Positions 29,474 through 38,608 of a stretch of 61,246 nt of DNA are shown one piece after another; position 1 is the stretch's first letter, and each line of letters opens with the position of its first letter. The DNA is taken from positions 1-61,246 of the forward strand of contig JAZSOQ010000065.1 in assembly GCA_045537015.1 (NCBI GenBank). Reading direction: 5' to 3'. Source of the stretch: Eubacteriales bacterium (GTDB lineage: Bacteria > Bacillota > Clostridia > Oscillospirales > CAG-272). The position numbers and the translations under genes are program-made. The notes under the pieces were generated by a model. It ran no database searches. It saw nothing but the letters and a program-made list of their open reading frames with translations, and had not been told where the DNA came from.

Positions 29474-29623
29474 GTGTTTAACCTCCTAATGGTTTGTGTT
29501 CGTAAAAAAATATCCTTCTCCCGAGAGCGAGGCGCACCGAAAGAAAGACACAAATAAAGTATTTGATTCTTCCTCGGCAGGGTGGCATTCGCTTTTACGG
29601 GAACCTGCTGTCTTTGGATAACG
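29474..29623 (-). promoter_or_regulatory. rplJ 5' leader (candidate L10-type autoregulatory leader)
   Basis: About 150 nt of untranslated RNA lie between a consensus promoter and the rplJ RBS. They contain GC-rich pairing segments and a U-run. Assignment to the L10 leader family rests on position only. Confidence 0.45.
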
Positions 29624-29629
29624 GCATAG

Positions 29630-29658
29630 ATTATACCACATCTCGATCAATTTGTCAA
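29630..29658 (-). promoter_or_regulatory. consensus sigma-A promoter for rplJL
   Basis: The minus strand reads TTGACA (29658-29653), a 17-bp spacer, then TATAAT (29635-29630). Confidence 0.7.
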
Positions 29659-29806
29659 TACCTTTTTGAAAAAAACTTTTGATTTTTGCAAAAATATTTG
29701 ATTTTTAATATTTTCTGTGCTTTTATGAGGTGATAATACTGCTTGTTTACATCAAGTTCATATTTGAGGTGTATAATAGAATAAATATACAGTTCGGAGT
29801 TTTACA

Positions 29807-30727
29807 ATGGCAAAAATTTCTTTTACTCGCGGCAAGGAAGCTGCGATTGAAAATATCAAGGGCTATCTCACGGTCAGCCTCGCGTTGGCACTCATTGCCG
29901 CTATCCTGAGGTCGCTTACGTATCTTTTCTCCTTCGATGCCGATATAGGGTATTTCAACGGCAGCTTCTTTTCAAAGATTGCTACCTATTTTATAATAGT
30001 GTCTTGCGCATTTGCTTTGACGGGATTCGTGTTTATCTCCAAAGAGGCTGCGCTCTCTCGCAAACTTACTAACGAAGGCAATTCGATCTATTTCGCTTCG
30101 GTCTTTGCCGGATTCATAATGATTGCCGATTTTGCTTTCAAGCTTTACTTGATGATAGGCGAGGATAAGTTCAGCTATTACAAGTTTATTTTCGCACGTG
30201 CATTCAAATCCGAAAATTCTTATATCATCAGAGCGACCGCGGTTATCGAAATTGCGGGAGTTCTTGCAAGCCTGCTTGCAGCGGTTTGCTTTTTCCTCCG
30301 CTCATCCAAGAGGTTCAATTCAAAACTTTGTGCTTGGCTCGGATTTTTCCCGATCATCAGAGCGCTTACCGGAGTTGCACAGATCTATTTCGAAATGGAA
30401 GTGCAGATGAACCATCCATCGAAGCTTATGCTCGAGTTTGCTTTGATTGCGGTGATGATCGCATTCCTTTATGAACTCAGATTCTTTGTTTCCGAGGATC
30501 ACGCGAGACCGAGACATTTCGTTGTGCTATCCTGTGTCGCGCTGATCATCTCAATTTCTGCCGGAATTTCCGAAATGATTGGATTTTTTGCAGGAAGACT
30601 TTCCAAAGGCGATTTCTGCATCGAGGCGTTCTTCTGCCTCGCTATGGGACTGTACGGCGCCGCAAGAACGATCTCTTACGTAAAGTCGCTTGAAGAAAAA
30701 GCCCCTGAACAGGCAGTCGAAGAATAA
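29807..30727 (+). CDS. polytopic membrane protein, unknown function
   Basis: 306 aa with about 8 hydrophobic helices and no recognisable catalytic motif. Confidence 0.6.
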   Translation: MAKISFTRGKEAAIENIKGYLTVSLALALIAAILRSLTYLFSFDADIGYFNGSFFSKIATYFIIVSCAFALTGFVFISKEAALSRKLTNEGNSIYFASVFAGFIMIADFAFKLYLMIGEDKFSYYKFIFARAFKSENSYIIRATAVIEIAGVLASLLAAVCFFLRSSKRFNSKLCAWLGFFPIIRALTGVAQIYFEMEVQMNHPSKLMLEFALIAVMIAFLYELRFFVSEDHARPRHFVVLSCVALIISISAGISEMIGFFAGRLSKGDFCIEAFFCLAMGLYGAARTISYVKSLEEKAPEQAVEE

Positions 30728-30787
30728 TTCCTTCCTTAATTATATATAAGACAAAATTCCGTATTCTCGGAGAAAAGAGAGGACAGC

Positions 30788-31363
30788 ATGTCGGTAGATT
30801 TTGCGGTTGAACGAATTATATGGCTTCATAAAAGAATAAAGGACGGATATTATCCGAATGCTATGCGTCTCTCGGAGCGTTTTGGGATCTCACACCGACA
30901 GGCACAGCGCGACTGCGACTATCTGCGCCGCAAGCTTGAGGCTCCGATAGCGTTTGACAGGTCGAAGCAGGGATATTATTATACCGAGAATTTTTCTCTG
31001 CCCGATTCCATCAGAGTTGAAGACCCGCGCGATATTTCGAATATCGTTGCTCTGGCGGATATGCTTGGCGACGATGGGGAATCCACTCAGATCGGTATTC
31101 CATATTCTGCGCTCTTGCAGATACCCGATAAGCTTGTTGCGCTTGAGCTTGCCCCATTTGTAACGCGCCGTGTCGGATCGAAGGGAAGATACATATGCGA
31201 GTTTCAGAACATTCGCCTTTTCTTCGGAGCGCTTGTTGCATCGGATGCTGATATACGTATTATAGAACCCGCTTGGCTTCGTGAGGATTTTTGCCGTTCG
31301 CTTGATAAATTGCGCCTGGCTAATACCTGCGAAGAAGATGAAAACGAAGCGGAAGAACAATAA
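30788..31363 (+). CDS. HTH transcriptional regulator (wHTH + WYL-regulator-like C-terminal domain)
   Basis: 191 aa. The N-terminal wHTH is PNAMRLSERFGISHRQAQRDCDYLR. The C-terminal ...GRYICEF...DIRIIEPAWLRE resembles the effector/dimerisation end of WYL-type regulators. The tail is acidic. Confidence 0.5.
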   Translation: MSVDFAVERIIWLHKRIKDGYYPNAMRLSERFGISHRQAQRDCDYLRRKLEAPIAFDRSKQGYYYTENFSLPDSIRVEDPRDISNIVALADMLGDDGESTQIGIPYSALLQIPDKLVALELAPFVTRRVGSKGRYICEFQNIRLFFGALVASDADIRIIEPAWLREDFCRSLDKLRLANTCEEDENEAEEQ

Positions 31364-31374
31364 TGTTGGTAAAT

Positions 31375-31410
31375 TTGTTCAAAATGCGGCATTTTCCGCA
31401 TTTTGAACAA
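31375..31410 (+). terminator. 15-bp perfect hairpin (terminator-like)
   Basis: TTGTTCAAAATGCGG (31375-31389) pairs with CCGCATTTTGAACAA (31396-31410). The U-tract is internal rather than trailing. Confidence 0.45.
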
Positions 31411-31549
31411 AAATAAATACCTGTATTTGGATTGATAAACATATAAAAACAGGCTAAAATCTTGCCTTTTGGGACACTTTTGAGGTCAATTTGTGAAATA
31501 TGCATAAAAATCGATGTTATTTATTAGCGATTTTCTACTATATGTAATA

Positions 31550-31578
31550 TTGCAAATGGACGAAAAATGTAGTATAAT
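31550..31578 (+). promoter_or_regulatory. sigma-A promoter of the S10 operon
   Basis: TTGCAA (31550-31555), a 17-bp spacer, then TATAAT (31573-31578). Confidence 0.55.
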
Positions 31579-31584
31579 ATTGGA

Positions 31585-31941
31585 GCTTGATGTGCGAAGA
31601 ATGCGTTGAAGCGAAAGGTTGCCGCAAGAACATGCGGGTAATTTTCGTGGAGAAGTCCGAATTTGATCGGGCGCGTGGGCTATGTCAGGTACCGGGCGGC
31701 CTCTGTTCAAAGGTTGCTTCGTGACGACGGCTTTGTAGCCGTACGATCCGGAATTCGCGTCGCGCCGTGCTTGCGTGACGGCGGCGAGTGGCGGGTTTCG
31801 GCTTTTGTATGGCTGCAAAACGAAACGCACGGAACGGTGCATAACAGAATCCGCTCCTAACTTTTCGAACGCGCTGCGCAAATGGCTACATTTTATTATA
31901 TTCGCACGCACGCGAGAGAAAAAACAAGGAGGAAAACACAA
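31585..31941 (+). promoter_or_regulatory. long GC-rich structured 5' leader of rpsJ (unclassified)
   Basis: About 357 nt without a credible ORF, much more GC-rich than the flanking AT-rich DNA. It holds several stable hairpins and mutually exclusive helices (see findings). Confidence 0.45.
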
Positions 31942-32253
31942 ATGGCAGTTAAGGAACAGCTCAGAGTCAAGCTGAAGAGCTACGATCACACACTCGTTGA
32001 CGCGGCAGCCGCAAAGATCGTCGAAGTTGCTAAGCGCAACGGCGCCGAGGTTTCGGGTCCCATTCCGCTTCCCACCGAGAAGGAGATCGTAACCATTCTC
32101 CGTGCAGTCCACAAGTACAAGGACAGCCGCGAGCAGTTTGAGCTTCGCAACCACAAGAGACTCATTGATATCAAGAAGCCTTCGAAGAAACTCACCGAAG
32201 AGCTTATGAACATTGAGCTCCCCGCAGGCGTTGACATTCAGGTAACCCTTTAA
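31942..32253 (+). CDS. rpsJ: 30S ribosomal protein S10 (uS10)
   Basis: [20 protein letters not shown]..., with an AAGGAGG RBS 10 nt upstream. ORF-track start 31882 is rejected. Confidence 0.96.
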   Translation: MAVKEQLRVKLKSYDHTLVDAAAAKIVEVAKRNGAEVSGPIPLPTEKEIVTILRAVHKYKDSREQFELRNHKRLIDIKKPSKKLTEELMNIELPAGVDIQVTL

Positions 32254-32368
32254 GTCAACCCACAAACCCCATCACAACACGCTCAAGTGAGCGCTTGTTG
32301 GTCAAGTTGGCGTAATGCCGAAAGGTAAAATTCACAGCGTCAACCAATAACCTTCAGGAGGAAAGAAC

Positions 32369-32998
32369 ATGAAAAAGGGCATTATCGGTAAGAAGATCGG
32401 TATGACTCAGATTTTCGACGAAGTCGGAAACGTCATCCCGGTAACGATAATCCAGGCTGGTCCCTGCGTAGTATCGCAGAAGAAGACCACTGAACAGGAC
32501 GGCTACAATGCCGTACAGCTCGGCTTTGAGGATTGCAAAGACAAGCACGCAACCAAGGCTGAGATCGGACATTTCGCAAAGAACGGACTTACCACCAAGA
32601 GACATCTCAAGGAGTTCCGCCTTGAAGATTGCTCCGGCTACAACGTAGGTGATGTCGTATCGGTCGAAACCTTCGCCGTTGGCGAGAAGGTCGACGTAAC
32701 AGGTATGACCAAGGGCCGCGGTTACACCGGTGCTATCAAGAGATGGAACCTCCACAAGCTGAGAATGACACACGGCGTTGGCCCTGTGCATCGTCAGTCC
32801 GGTTCTATGGGTGTTATCGACCCCGCGAGAATTTTCAAGAACAAGAAGATGGCAGGTCAGTACGGTAATGAACAGGTTACCATTCTTAATCTTGCCGTTG
32901 CTAAGATCGATGCAGAGAACAACCTTATCGCAGTTCGCGGCGCTATTCCCGGCGCTAAGGGCGGTATCGTATTCATCCGCGATTCGATCAAGGCTTAA
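32369..32998 (+). CDS. rplC: 50S ribosomal protein L3 (uL3)
   Basis: 209 aa (KGIIGKKIGMTQIFDE, GKGYTG). Confidence 0.97.
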   Translation: MKKGIIGKKIGMTQIFDEVGNVIPVTIIQAGPCVVSQKKTTEQDGYNAVQLGFEDCKDKHATKAEIGHFAKNGLTTKRHLKEFRLEDCSGYNVGDVVSVETFAVGEKVDVTGMTKGRGYTGAIKRWNLHKLRMTHGVGPVHRQSGSMGVIDPARIFKNKKMAGQYGNEQVTILNLAVAKIDAENNLIAVRGAIPGAKGGIVFIRDSIKA

Positions 32999-33019
32999 GG
33001 AATGAAGGAGGATTTGACA

Positions 33020-33706
33020 ATGCCTAACATTAAAGTACTTGATATGACAGGCAAGGAAGTCGGCGAAATGAGCCTCTCTGAGAAGCTTTTCGGAGCTGAG
33101 GTAAACGCATCCGTCCTTCACGCCGCAGTCAGAGCATTCATGCTCAATCAGAGACAGGGTACTCAGTCCACCCTTACCCGTACCGAGGTAAGCGGCGGCG
33201 GTAAGAAGCCCTGGAGACAGAAGGGTACAGGCCGCGCACGTCAGGGTTCCACCCGTGCTCCTCAGTGGGTACACGGCGGTATCGCTCTCGGCCCCAAGCC
33301 CCGCACCTATCGCACCGAGCTCAACAAGAAGACCAAGAGAGTTGCTCTCTTCAGCGCACTCTCCGACAAGGCTGCTAACGGCAACCTCATCATTCTTGAC
33401 GAGTGCAAGCTCGAGTCCTACAAGACCTCCGAGATGGTAAAGATGTTTGCTGCTCTCGGTCTTCAGAAGGACGTAGAGAAGACCTACAAGGTCGGCGACG
33501 AGAAGAAGACTCGCACCGAGACCGTAGCATGCAAGACCCTGCTCGTTCTCCCCGAGGCTGACCGCGTAGTCGTTAAGAGCTGTGCCAACATTCCCACCGC
33601 AGCTACAACCCTTTACAGCACCATCAACGTTTATGAGATCCTCAATGCTGAGAAGCTCGTAATCACCAAGGCAGCTGTTGAGAAGCTCGAGGAGGTATAC
33701 GCATAA
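33020..33706 (+). CDS. rplD: 50S ribosomal protein L4 (uL4)
   Basis: Contains RTEVSGGGKKPWRQKGTGRARQGS. ATG 33020 follows a GAAGGAGG RBS. Confidence 0.96.
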   Translation: MPNIKVLDMTGKEVGEMSLSEKLFGAEVNASVLHAAVRAFMLNQRQGTQSTLTRTEVSGGGKKPWRQKGTGRARQGSTRAPQWVHGGIALGPKPRTYRTELNKKTKRVALFSALSDKAANGNLIILDECKLESYKTSEMVKMFAALGLQKDVEKTYKVGDEKKTRTETVACKTLLVLPEADRVVVKSCANIPTAATTLYSTINVYEILNAEKLVITKAAVEKLEEVYA

Positions 33707-34002
33707 TGAAGAAAATGGTACAGGACATCATCATCGCTCCCGTTATCACCGAGGCGAGCATGGATATGATGAATCAGAAAAAGTATGTATTCAAAGTTAT
33801 GACCAGCGCAACCAAGCCTGAGATTGCAAACGCAGTTGAGGTTATGTTCGGTGTAAAGGTTGCGTCTGTAAATACCATGATGATGAAGCGCAAGGAAAAG
33901 AGAGTTCGCTACAACTATGGCTACACCGCTGAGTGGAAGAAGGCCATCGTTACCCTTACTGAGGACTCCAAGACCATCGCCTTCTTCGACGGTATGAACT
34001 AA
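33706..34002 (+). CDS. rplW: 50S ribosomal protein L23 (uL23)
   Basis: 98 aa ([18 protein letters not shown]). TAATG overlap with rplD. Confidence 0.95.
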   Translation: MKKMVQDIIIAPVITEASMDMMNQKKYVFKVMTSATKPEIANAVEVMFGVKVASVNTMMMKRKEKRVRYNYGYTAEWKKAIVTLTEDSKTIAFFDGMN

Positions 34003-34019
34003 GTAGGAGGAAACGAATA

Positions 34020-34850
34020 ATGCCTACAATCAAATATAAGCCTACGACACCTGCCAGAAGACACATGTCTGTTGCTTCCTTCGAGGAGATCACCAAGTTT
34101 TCTCCCGAGAAGAGCCTGGTAGTTATCAAGAAGAAGCACGCAGGACGTAACTCCTACGGTAAGATCACCGTTCGTCACAGAGGCGGCGGAAACAAGGTTA
34201 AGTACCGTATCATCGACTTCCGTCGTAACGACACTGAGGCTGCAAAGGTTATCGGTATCGAGTACGACCCCAACCGTACCGCATACATCGCTCTCCTCGA
34301 GAACGAGTCCGGCAAGAAGAGCTACATCATCGCTCCCGTTGGACTTAAGGACGGCGACGTTGTTTACTCCGGCGCAGAGGCTGATATCAAGCCCGGTAAC
34401 ACCCTGCCCCTTGCAAACATCCCCACCGGTACTTTCATTCACAACATTGAGCTTCACCCCGGCAAGGGCGGTCAGCTTGTCCGTTCCGCTGGTTCCGCAG
34501 CTCAGCTCATCTCGAAAGAGAATGATCAGGCTCTCATCCGTCTTCCCTCCGGCGAAGTCAGAATCGTTGCTCTCAACTGCAAGGCTACAATCGGCCAGGT
34601 TGGTAACATCGAGCATGACACCGTTAAGGTCGGTAAGGCAGGTAAGACCCGCCACAAGGGTATCAGACCTACCGTTCGCGGTTCTGTAATGAACCCCTGC
34701 GATCACCCCCACGGTGGTGGTGAAGGTAGATCTCCCATCGGTCATCCCGGACCGCTTACTCCTTGGGGCAAGCCCGCTCTCGGTTATAAGACTCGTAACA
34801 AGAAGGCTCTTACCGAGAAGTTCATCGTAAAGCACAGAAACGCTAAATAA
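34020..34850 (+). CDS. rplB: 50S ribosomal protein L2 (uL2)
   Basis: 276 aa ([24 protein letters not shown]). Confidence 0.98.
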   Translation: MPTIKYKPTTPARRHMSVASFEEITKFSPEKSLVVIKKKHAGRNSYGKITVRHRGGGNKVKYRIIDFRRNDTEAAKVIGIEYDPNRTAYIALLENESGKKSYIIAPVGLKDGDVVYSGAEADIKPGNTLPLANIPTGTFIHNIELHPGKGGQLVRSAGSAAQLISKENDQALIRLPSGEVRIVALNCKATIGQVGNIEHDTVKVGKAGKTRHKGIRPTVRGSVMNPCDHPHGGGEGRSPIGHPGPLTPWGKPALGYKTRNKKALTEKFIVKHRNAK

Positions 34851-34864
34851 GGAGGGAATATAGA

Positions 34865-35146
34865 ATGAGCAGAAGTCTTAAGAAGGCGCCTTTTGTTGAA
34901 GAGAAACTCATCAGCAGAGTTCGCGCTATGAACGAAAAGAACGAGAAGAAAGTCATCAAGACCTGGTCCCGTGCATCTACAATATTCCCCGAATTCGTTG
35001 GCCACACCATCGCGGTTCACGACGGCAAGAAGCATGTTCCGGTATACATCATCGAGGACATGGTTGGACACAAGCTCGGTGAGTTTGCTCCCACCCGCCG
35101 CTTCCCCGGCCACGCTGGCACCAAGACATCCAACACCGGTAAATAA
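34865..35146 (+). CDS. rpsS: 30S ribosomal protein S19 (uS19)
   Basis: 93 aa ([22 protein letters not shown]). Confidence 0.97.
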   Translation: MSRSLKKAPFVEEKLISRVRAMNEKNEKKVIKTWSRASTIFPEFVGHTIAVHDGKKHVPVYIIEDMVGHKLGEFAPTRRFPGHAGTKTSNTGK

Positions 35147-35166
35147 TCGAGGAGGAAAGAAGAATA

Positions 35167-35520
35167 ATGGAAGCAAGAGCTTATCTTAAATATTTGAGAA
35201 TTTCTCCCCGTAAGGTAAAGATCGTTCTCGATCTCATCCGCGGTAAGGATGCCGACGTTGCTATGGCAATTCTCAAGAATACCCCTAAGGCTGCATCTCC
35301 CGAGCTCGTAAAGCTCCTCAAGAGTGCAATCGCAAATGCAGACCACAATTTCCAGATGGACACCCAGAACCTTTACGTTTCCGAGTGCTTCGTCTGCCCC
35401 GGTCCTACTCTCAAGAGATATATGCCCAGAGCTAAGGGTTCGGGCAACAGAATTCTCAAGAGAACATCTCATGTAACCCTCGCGGTTAAGGAAAGAGAAA
35501 CTAAGGAGGTCAATGCCTAA
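35167..35520 (+). CDS. rplV: 50S ribosomal protein L22 (uL22)
   Basis: 117 aa ([26 protein letters not shown]). Confidence 0.96.
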   Translation: MEARAYLKYLRISPRKVKIVLDLIRGKDADVAMAILKNTPKAASPELVKLLKSAIANADHNFQMDTQNLYVSECFVCPGPTLKRYMPRAKGSGNRILKRTSHVTLAVKERETKEVNA

Positions 35521-36380
35521 TGGGACAGAAAGTTAATCCTCACGGCCTTCGCGTTGGCGTCATCAAGGGCTGGGATTCCAGATGGTGCGTCAAGGACGAG
35601 GTTTTCGGAGATACACTTGTACAGGACTACAAGATCAGAAAGCTCCTCAAGGAAGAGCTTCAGAAGGCAGGCGTGCCTAAGATTGAGATCGAAAGAGATC
35701 AGTATAGAGTAAGAGTTTACATCCACTGCGCAAAGCCCGGTCAGGTTATCGGACGCAGCGGCGACAACATCGAGAAGATGAAGAAGGAAGTTGAAGCTAT
35801 CGTAGGCAAGGATGCCAACGGTAAGGTAATTCCCGTATCCATCAACGTTGTTGAGATTCGTAATCCCGAGCTCAACGCACAGCTCGTAGCAGAAAACATT
35901 GCAGCTCAGCTCGAAGGCCGTGTGGCTTTCCGCCGTGCAATGAAGATGGCTATCAGAAACACCATGCGCCTTGGCGCACGCGGAATCAAGATCACCTGCG
36001 GCGGTCGTCTCGGCGGGGCGGAAATCGCACGTTCCGAGCACTACCACGAGGGTACCATTCCGCTTCAGACCATCCGTGCAGACATCGACTACGGTTTCTG
36101 GGAGGCTAACACCACCTACGGTAAGATCGGTGTAAAGGTATGGATCTACAACGGCGAAGTCCTCAACGAGGGCGCAGCTCGCGAGAGAAGAAACGATCGC
36201 AGAAACGATCGTAGAGGCGATCGCAGAAACAACGGTGAGCGCCGCGACAACCGCGGTCCCCGCAACAATGACCGCCGTCAGGGTGGTAACAGACCTCAGG
36301 GCAATCGCCCCCAGGGTAACCGTCCCCAGGGCAACCGTCCCCAGGGCGCACGTCCCACTAAAGAAGGAGGCGCAAACTAA
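35520..36380 (+). CDS. rpsC: 30S ribosomal protein S3 (uS3) with a repetitive C-terminal extension
   Basis: [13 protein letters not shown] and [12 protein letters not shown] match the uS3 core. About 70 extra C-terminal residues are rich in R/N/D and carry GNRPQ repeats. Confidence 0.96.
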   Translation: MGQKVNPHGLRVGVIKGWDSRWCVKDEVFGDTLVQDYKIRKLLKEELQKAGVPKIEIERDQYRVRVYIHCAKPGQVIGRSGDNIEKMKKEVEAIVGKDANGKVIPVSINVVEIRNPELNAQLVAENIAAQLEGRVAFRRAMKMAIRNTMRLGARGIKITCGGRLGGAEIARSEHYHEGTIPLQTIRADIDYGFWEANTTYGKIGVKVWIYNGEVLNEGAARERRNDRRNDRRGDRRNNGERRDNRGPRNNDRRQGGNRPQGNRPQGNRPQGNRPQGARPTKEGGAN

Positions 36381-36796
36381 TGTTAATGCCTAAAAGAGTA
36401 AAGTTCCGTCGCGTACAGCGTGGTCGCCTTACAGGTAAGGCTTCCCGCGGTAACGAACTGGCGTACGGTGCATACGGTCTCGTAGCTCTTGAGCCTGCTT
36501 GGATCACCTCCAACCAGATCGAGGCTGCCCGTATCGCAATGACCCGTTACATCCGCCGTGGCGGTAACGTTTGGATCAAGATCTTCCCCGATAAGCCCAT
36601 CACCGAGAAGCCTGCTGAGACCCGAATGGGTTCCGGTAAGGGTTCGCCCGAGTACTGGGTAGCAGTCGTTAAGCCCGGACGCATCATGTTCGAGATGGAC
36701 GGCGTATCCGAGGAAGTTGCAAAGGAAGCTATGCGTCTTGCTTCGCACAAGCTCCCCATCAAGTGCAAGTTTGTTTCTAAGGAGGTAACAGAATGA
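36380..36796 (+). CDS. rplP: 50S ribosomal protein L16 (uL16)
   Basis: 138 aa ([24 protein letters not shown]). Confidence 0.97.
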   Translation: MLMPKRVKFRRVQRGRLTGKASRGNELAYGAYGLVALEPAWITSNQIEAARIAMTRYIRRGGNVWIKIFPDKPITEKPAETRMGSGKGSPEYWVAVVKPGRIMFEMDGVSEEVAKEAMRLASHKLPIKCKFVSKEVTE

Positions 36797-36981
36797 AGAT
36801 CAGCGAGATCAGAGCAATGAGCATCGAAGAACTCAATGCTAAGCTCAAGGAACTGAAGGAAGAGCTGTTCAACCTCCGCTTCCAGCTTGCCATCAACCAG
36901 CTCGAGAACACCAACCGCATCAGCGAAGTCAAGCGCGACATCGCACGCGTTATGACTGTTCAGAACGAGAAGAACGCGTAA
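36793..36981 (+). CDS. rpmC: 50S ribosomal protein L29 (uL29)
   Basis: 62 aa ([14 protein letters not shown]). ATGA overlap with rplP. Confidence 0.95.
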   Translation: MKISEIRAMSIEELNAKLKELKEELFNLRFQLAINQLENTNRISEVKRDIARVMTVQNEKNA

Positions 36982-36995
36982 GGAGGCAAAAGTAA

Positions 36996-37253
36996 ATGGA
37001 AGACAGAAACCTCAGAAAAGTTAGAGTCGGACTTGTTGTAAGCAACAAGATGGACAAGACCGTTACCGTTGCTATTGCGGACAACGTAAAGCATCCCATC
37101 TACGGTAAGATCGTTAAGCACACACTTAAGGTTCACGCTCATGACGAGAACAACGAGTGCGGCATCGGCGATAAGGTCAGCATTATGGAGACCCGTCCTC
37201 TTTCCAAGACAAAGAGATGGCGCGTTGTTACCATAATCGAAAAGGCTAAATAA
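36996..37253 (+). CDS. rpsQ: 30S ribosomal protein S17 (uS17)
   Basis: 85 aa ([34 protein letters not shown]). Confidence 0.96.
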   Translation: MEDRNLRKVRVGLVVSNKMDKTVTVAIADNVKHPIYGKIVKHTLKVHAHDENNECGIGDKVSIMETRPLSKTKRWRVVTIIEKAK

Positions 37254-37316
37254 TCTAGCGGCACAATTCATACAGTAAATACGTCAAAAATCGTATTGAA
37301 ACAGGAGGAATCTTAA

Positions 37317-37685
37317 GTGATACAGCAAGAATCAAGAATGAAGGTTGCCGACAATACCGGCGCCAAGGAGCTTCTCTGCATTCGCGTTCTTGGTGGCACC
37401 GGCCGCAGATATGCAAATATCGGCGATGTTGTTGTTGCTACTGTTAAGAAGGCAAGCCCCGGCGGAATCGTCAAGAAGGGCGACGTTGTAAAGGCAGTTA
37501 TCGTGCGCAGCACACACGGCACCAAGAGAGCAGACGGCTCATATATCAAGTTCGATGAGAACGCAGCGGTCATCATCAAGGAAGACCAGACCCCCCGTGG
37601 CACCCGTATCTTTGGCCCGGTGGCAAGAGAGCTCAGAGAAAAGCAGTACCTCAAGATACTGTCTCTCGCTCCCGAAGTACTTTAA
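37317..37685 (+). CDS. rplN: 50S ribosomal protein L14 (uL14)
   Basis: 122 aa ([17 protein letters not shown]). GTG start after a CAGGAGG RBS. Confidence 0.97.
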   Translation: MIQQESRMKVADNTGAKELLCIRVLGGTGRRYANIGDVVVATVKKASPGGIVKKGDVVKAVIVRSTHGTKRADGSYIKFDENAAVIIKEDQTPRGTRIFGPVARELREKQYLKILSLAPEVL

Positions 37686-37703
37686 GGTAAGGAGATAAAA
37701 ACG

Positions 37704-38033
37704 ATGAATATCAAAACTGGCGATACTGTCGTACTTCTCACCGGTAAGGCAGCAGAAAAGAAAGATAAGAACGGCAAGGTCCTCACTCACGAGGTAATCG
37801 CTGTTTCTCCCAAGGAGGACAAGGTTATCGTTAAGGGTGTTAACACCGTTCACAAGCACGTAAAGGCTCGCCGCCAGGGCGAAACCAGCGCAATCGTTGA
37901 TACCGAGGGCGCTATCTACGCGTGCAAGGTAGCTCTTTATTGCCCCGCTTGCGATAAGGGCGTAAGAGTTAAGACCGTTCTTAAGGACGGCAAGAAGATC
38001 CGCACTTGTGCTAAGTGTGGCAAGGAACTGTAA
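37704..38033 (+). CDS. rplX: 50S ribosomal protein L24 (uL24) with a C-terminal CxxC...CxxC
   Basis: 109 aa with a KOW N-terminus (IKTGDTVVLLTGK). It sits in the conserved slot between rplN and rplE. Confidence 0.93.
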   Translation: MNIKTGDTVVLLTGKAAEKKDKNGKVLTHEVIAVSPKEDKVIVKGVNTVHKHVKARRQGETSAIVDTEGAIYACKVALYCPACDKGVRVKTVLKDGKKIRTCAKCGKEL

Positions 38034-38047
38034 GGAGGTAGGGAATT

Positions 38048-38590
38048 ATGGCAAGACTTAAGGAAACTTATAGAAATGAAGTAGCTCCCGCACTCATGCA
38101 GCAGTTCGGCTACAAGAGCACCATGCAGATCCCCCGCCTTGACAAGGTTGTCCTCAACGTAGGCTCCAGCGAGGCAAGAGATAACGCAAAGGTCATCGAG
38201 AACATCATCGGCGACCTCACCCTCATCACCGGTCAGAAGGCAGTTCCCACCAAGGCTCGCAAGTCCGTCGCAAACTTCAAGGTTCGTGAAGGCATGACCA
38301 TTGGTGCAAAGGTTACTCTCCGCGGCGAGAGAATGTACGAGTTCGTTGATAAGCTCTTCAACTTCGCACTCCCCCGCGTACGTGACTTCAAGGGTATCAA
38401 CCCCGATGCATTCGACGGCAGAGGAAACTATGCTCTCGGTCTTAAAGAGCAGCTTATCTTCCCCGAGATCGAGTACGACAAAATCGACAAGATCCGCGGT
38501 ATGGATATTTGCTTCGTAACCACCGCTAACACTGACGAAGAGGCTCGCGCACTGCTTGCAGCGCTCGGCGCTCCCTTCGCAAAGAACTAA
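38048..38590 (+). CDS. rplE: 50S ribosomal protein L5 (uL5)
   Basis: 180 aa ([24 protein letters not shown]). Confidence 0.97.
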   Translation: MARLKETYRNEVAPALMQQFGYKSTMQIPRLDKVVLNVGSSEARDNAKVIENIIGDLTLITGQKAVPTKARKSVANFKVREGMTIGAKVTLRGERMYEFVDKLFNFALPRVRDFKGINPDAFDGRGNYALGLKEQLIFPEIEYDKIDKIRGMDICFVTTANTDEEARALLAALGAPFAKN

Positions 38591-38608
38591 TCAAGGAGGT
38601 AGGCAAAA

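Noticed and set aside
31680-31830. T-box riboswitch upstream of rpsJ
   Set aside because: Only a GGUACCG fragment resembles the T-box core. No specifier-loop/AGAGA stem I architecture is visible, no terminator with a trailing U-run follows it, and the downstream gene is not an aminoacyl-tRNA or amino-acid gene.
31640-31860. RNase P RNA or SRP RNA identity for the rpsJ leader
   Set aside because: GGAGAAGUCCGAAU and ACAGAAU loosely recall the RNase P P4 strands (GAGGAAAGUCC / ACAGAA...GGCUUA), but the two strands here are not complementary and other universal motifs (for example GGUAAACCCC) are missing. GUCAGGUACCGG recalls the SRP domain IV GUCAGGUCCGGAAGGAAGCAGC, but the GGAAGCAGC half is absent.
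31663-31860. 65-aa ORF inside the rpsJ leader
   Set aside because: It has no RBS, its composition is Arg/Val/Gly-rich as expected from GC-rich non-coding RNA, and it overlaps the predicted helices.
33999-34835. 278-aa ORF antisense to rplB, with similar ones opposite rpsC, rplF/rplR, rpsM/rpsK, rpsD and rpoA
   Set aside because: They are antisense shadows of highly expressed, codon-biased ribosomal genes.
36296-36356. 15-bp tandem repeats considered as a CRISPR-like or VNTR array
   Set aside because: The units are contiguous with no spacers, and they lie in frame inside rpsC, encoding GNRPQ repeats. This is a coding low-complexity repeat, not a CRISPR array.
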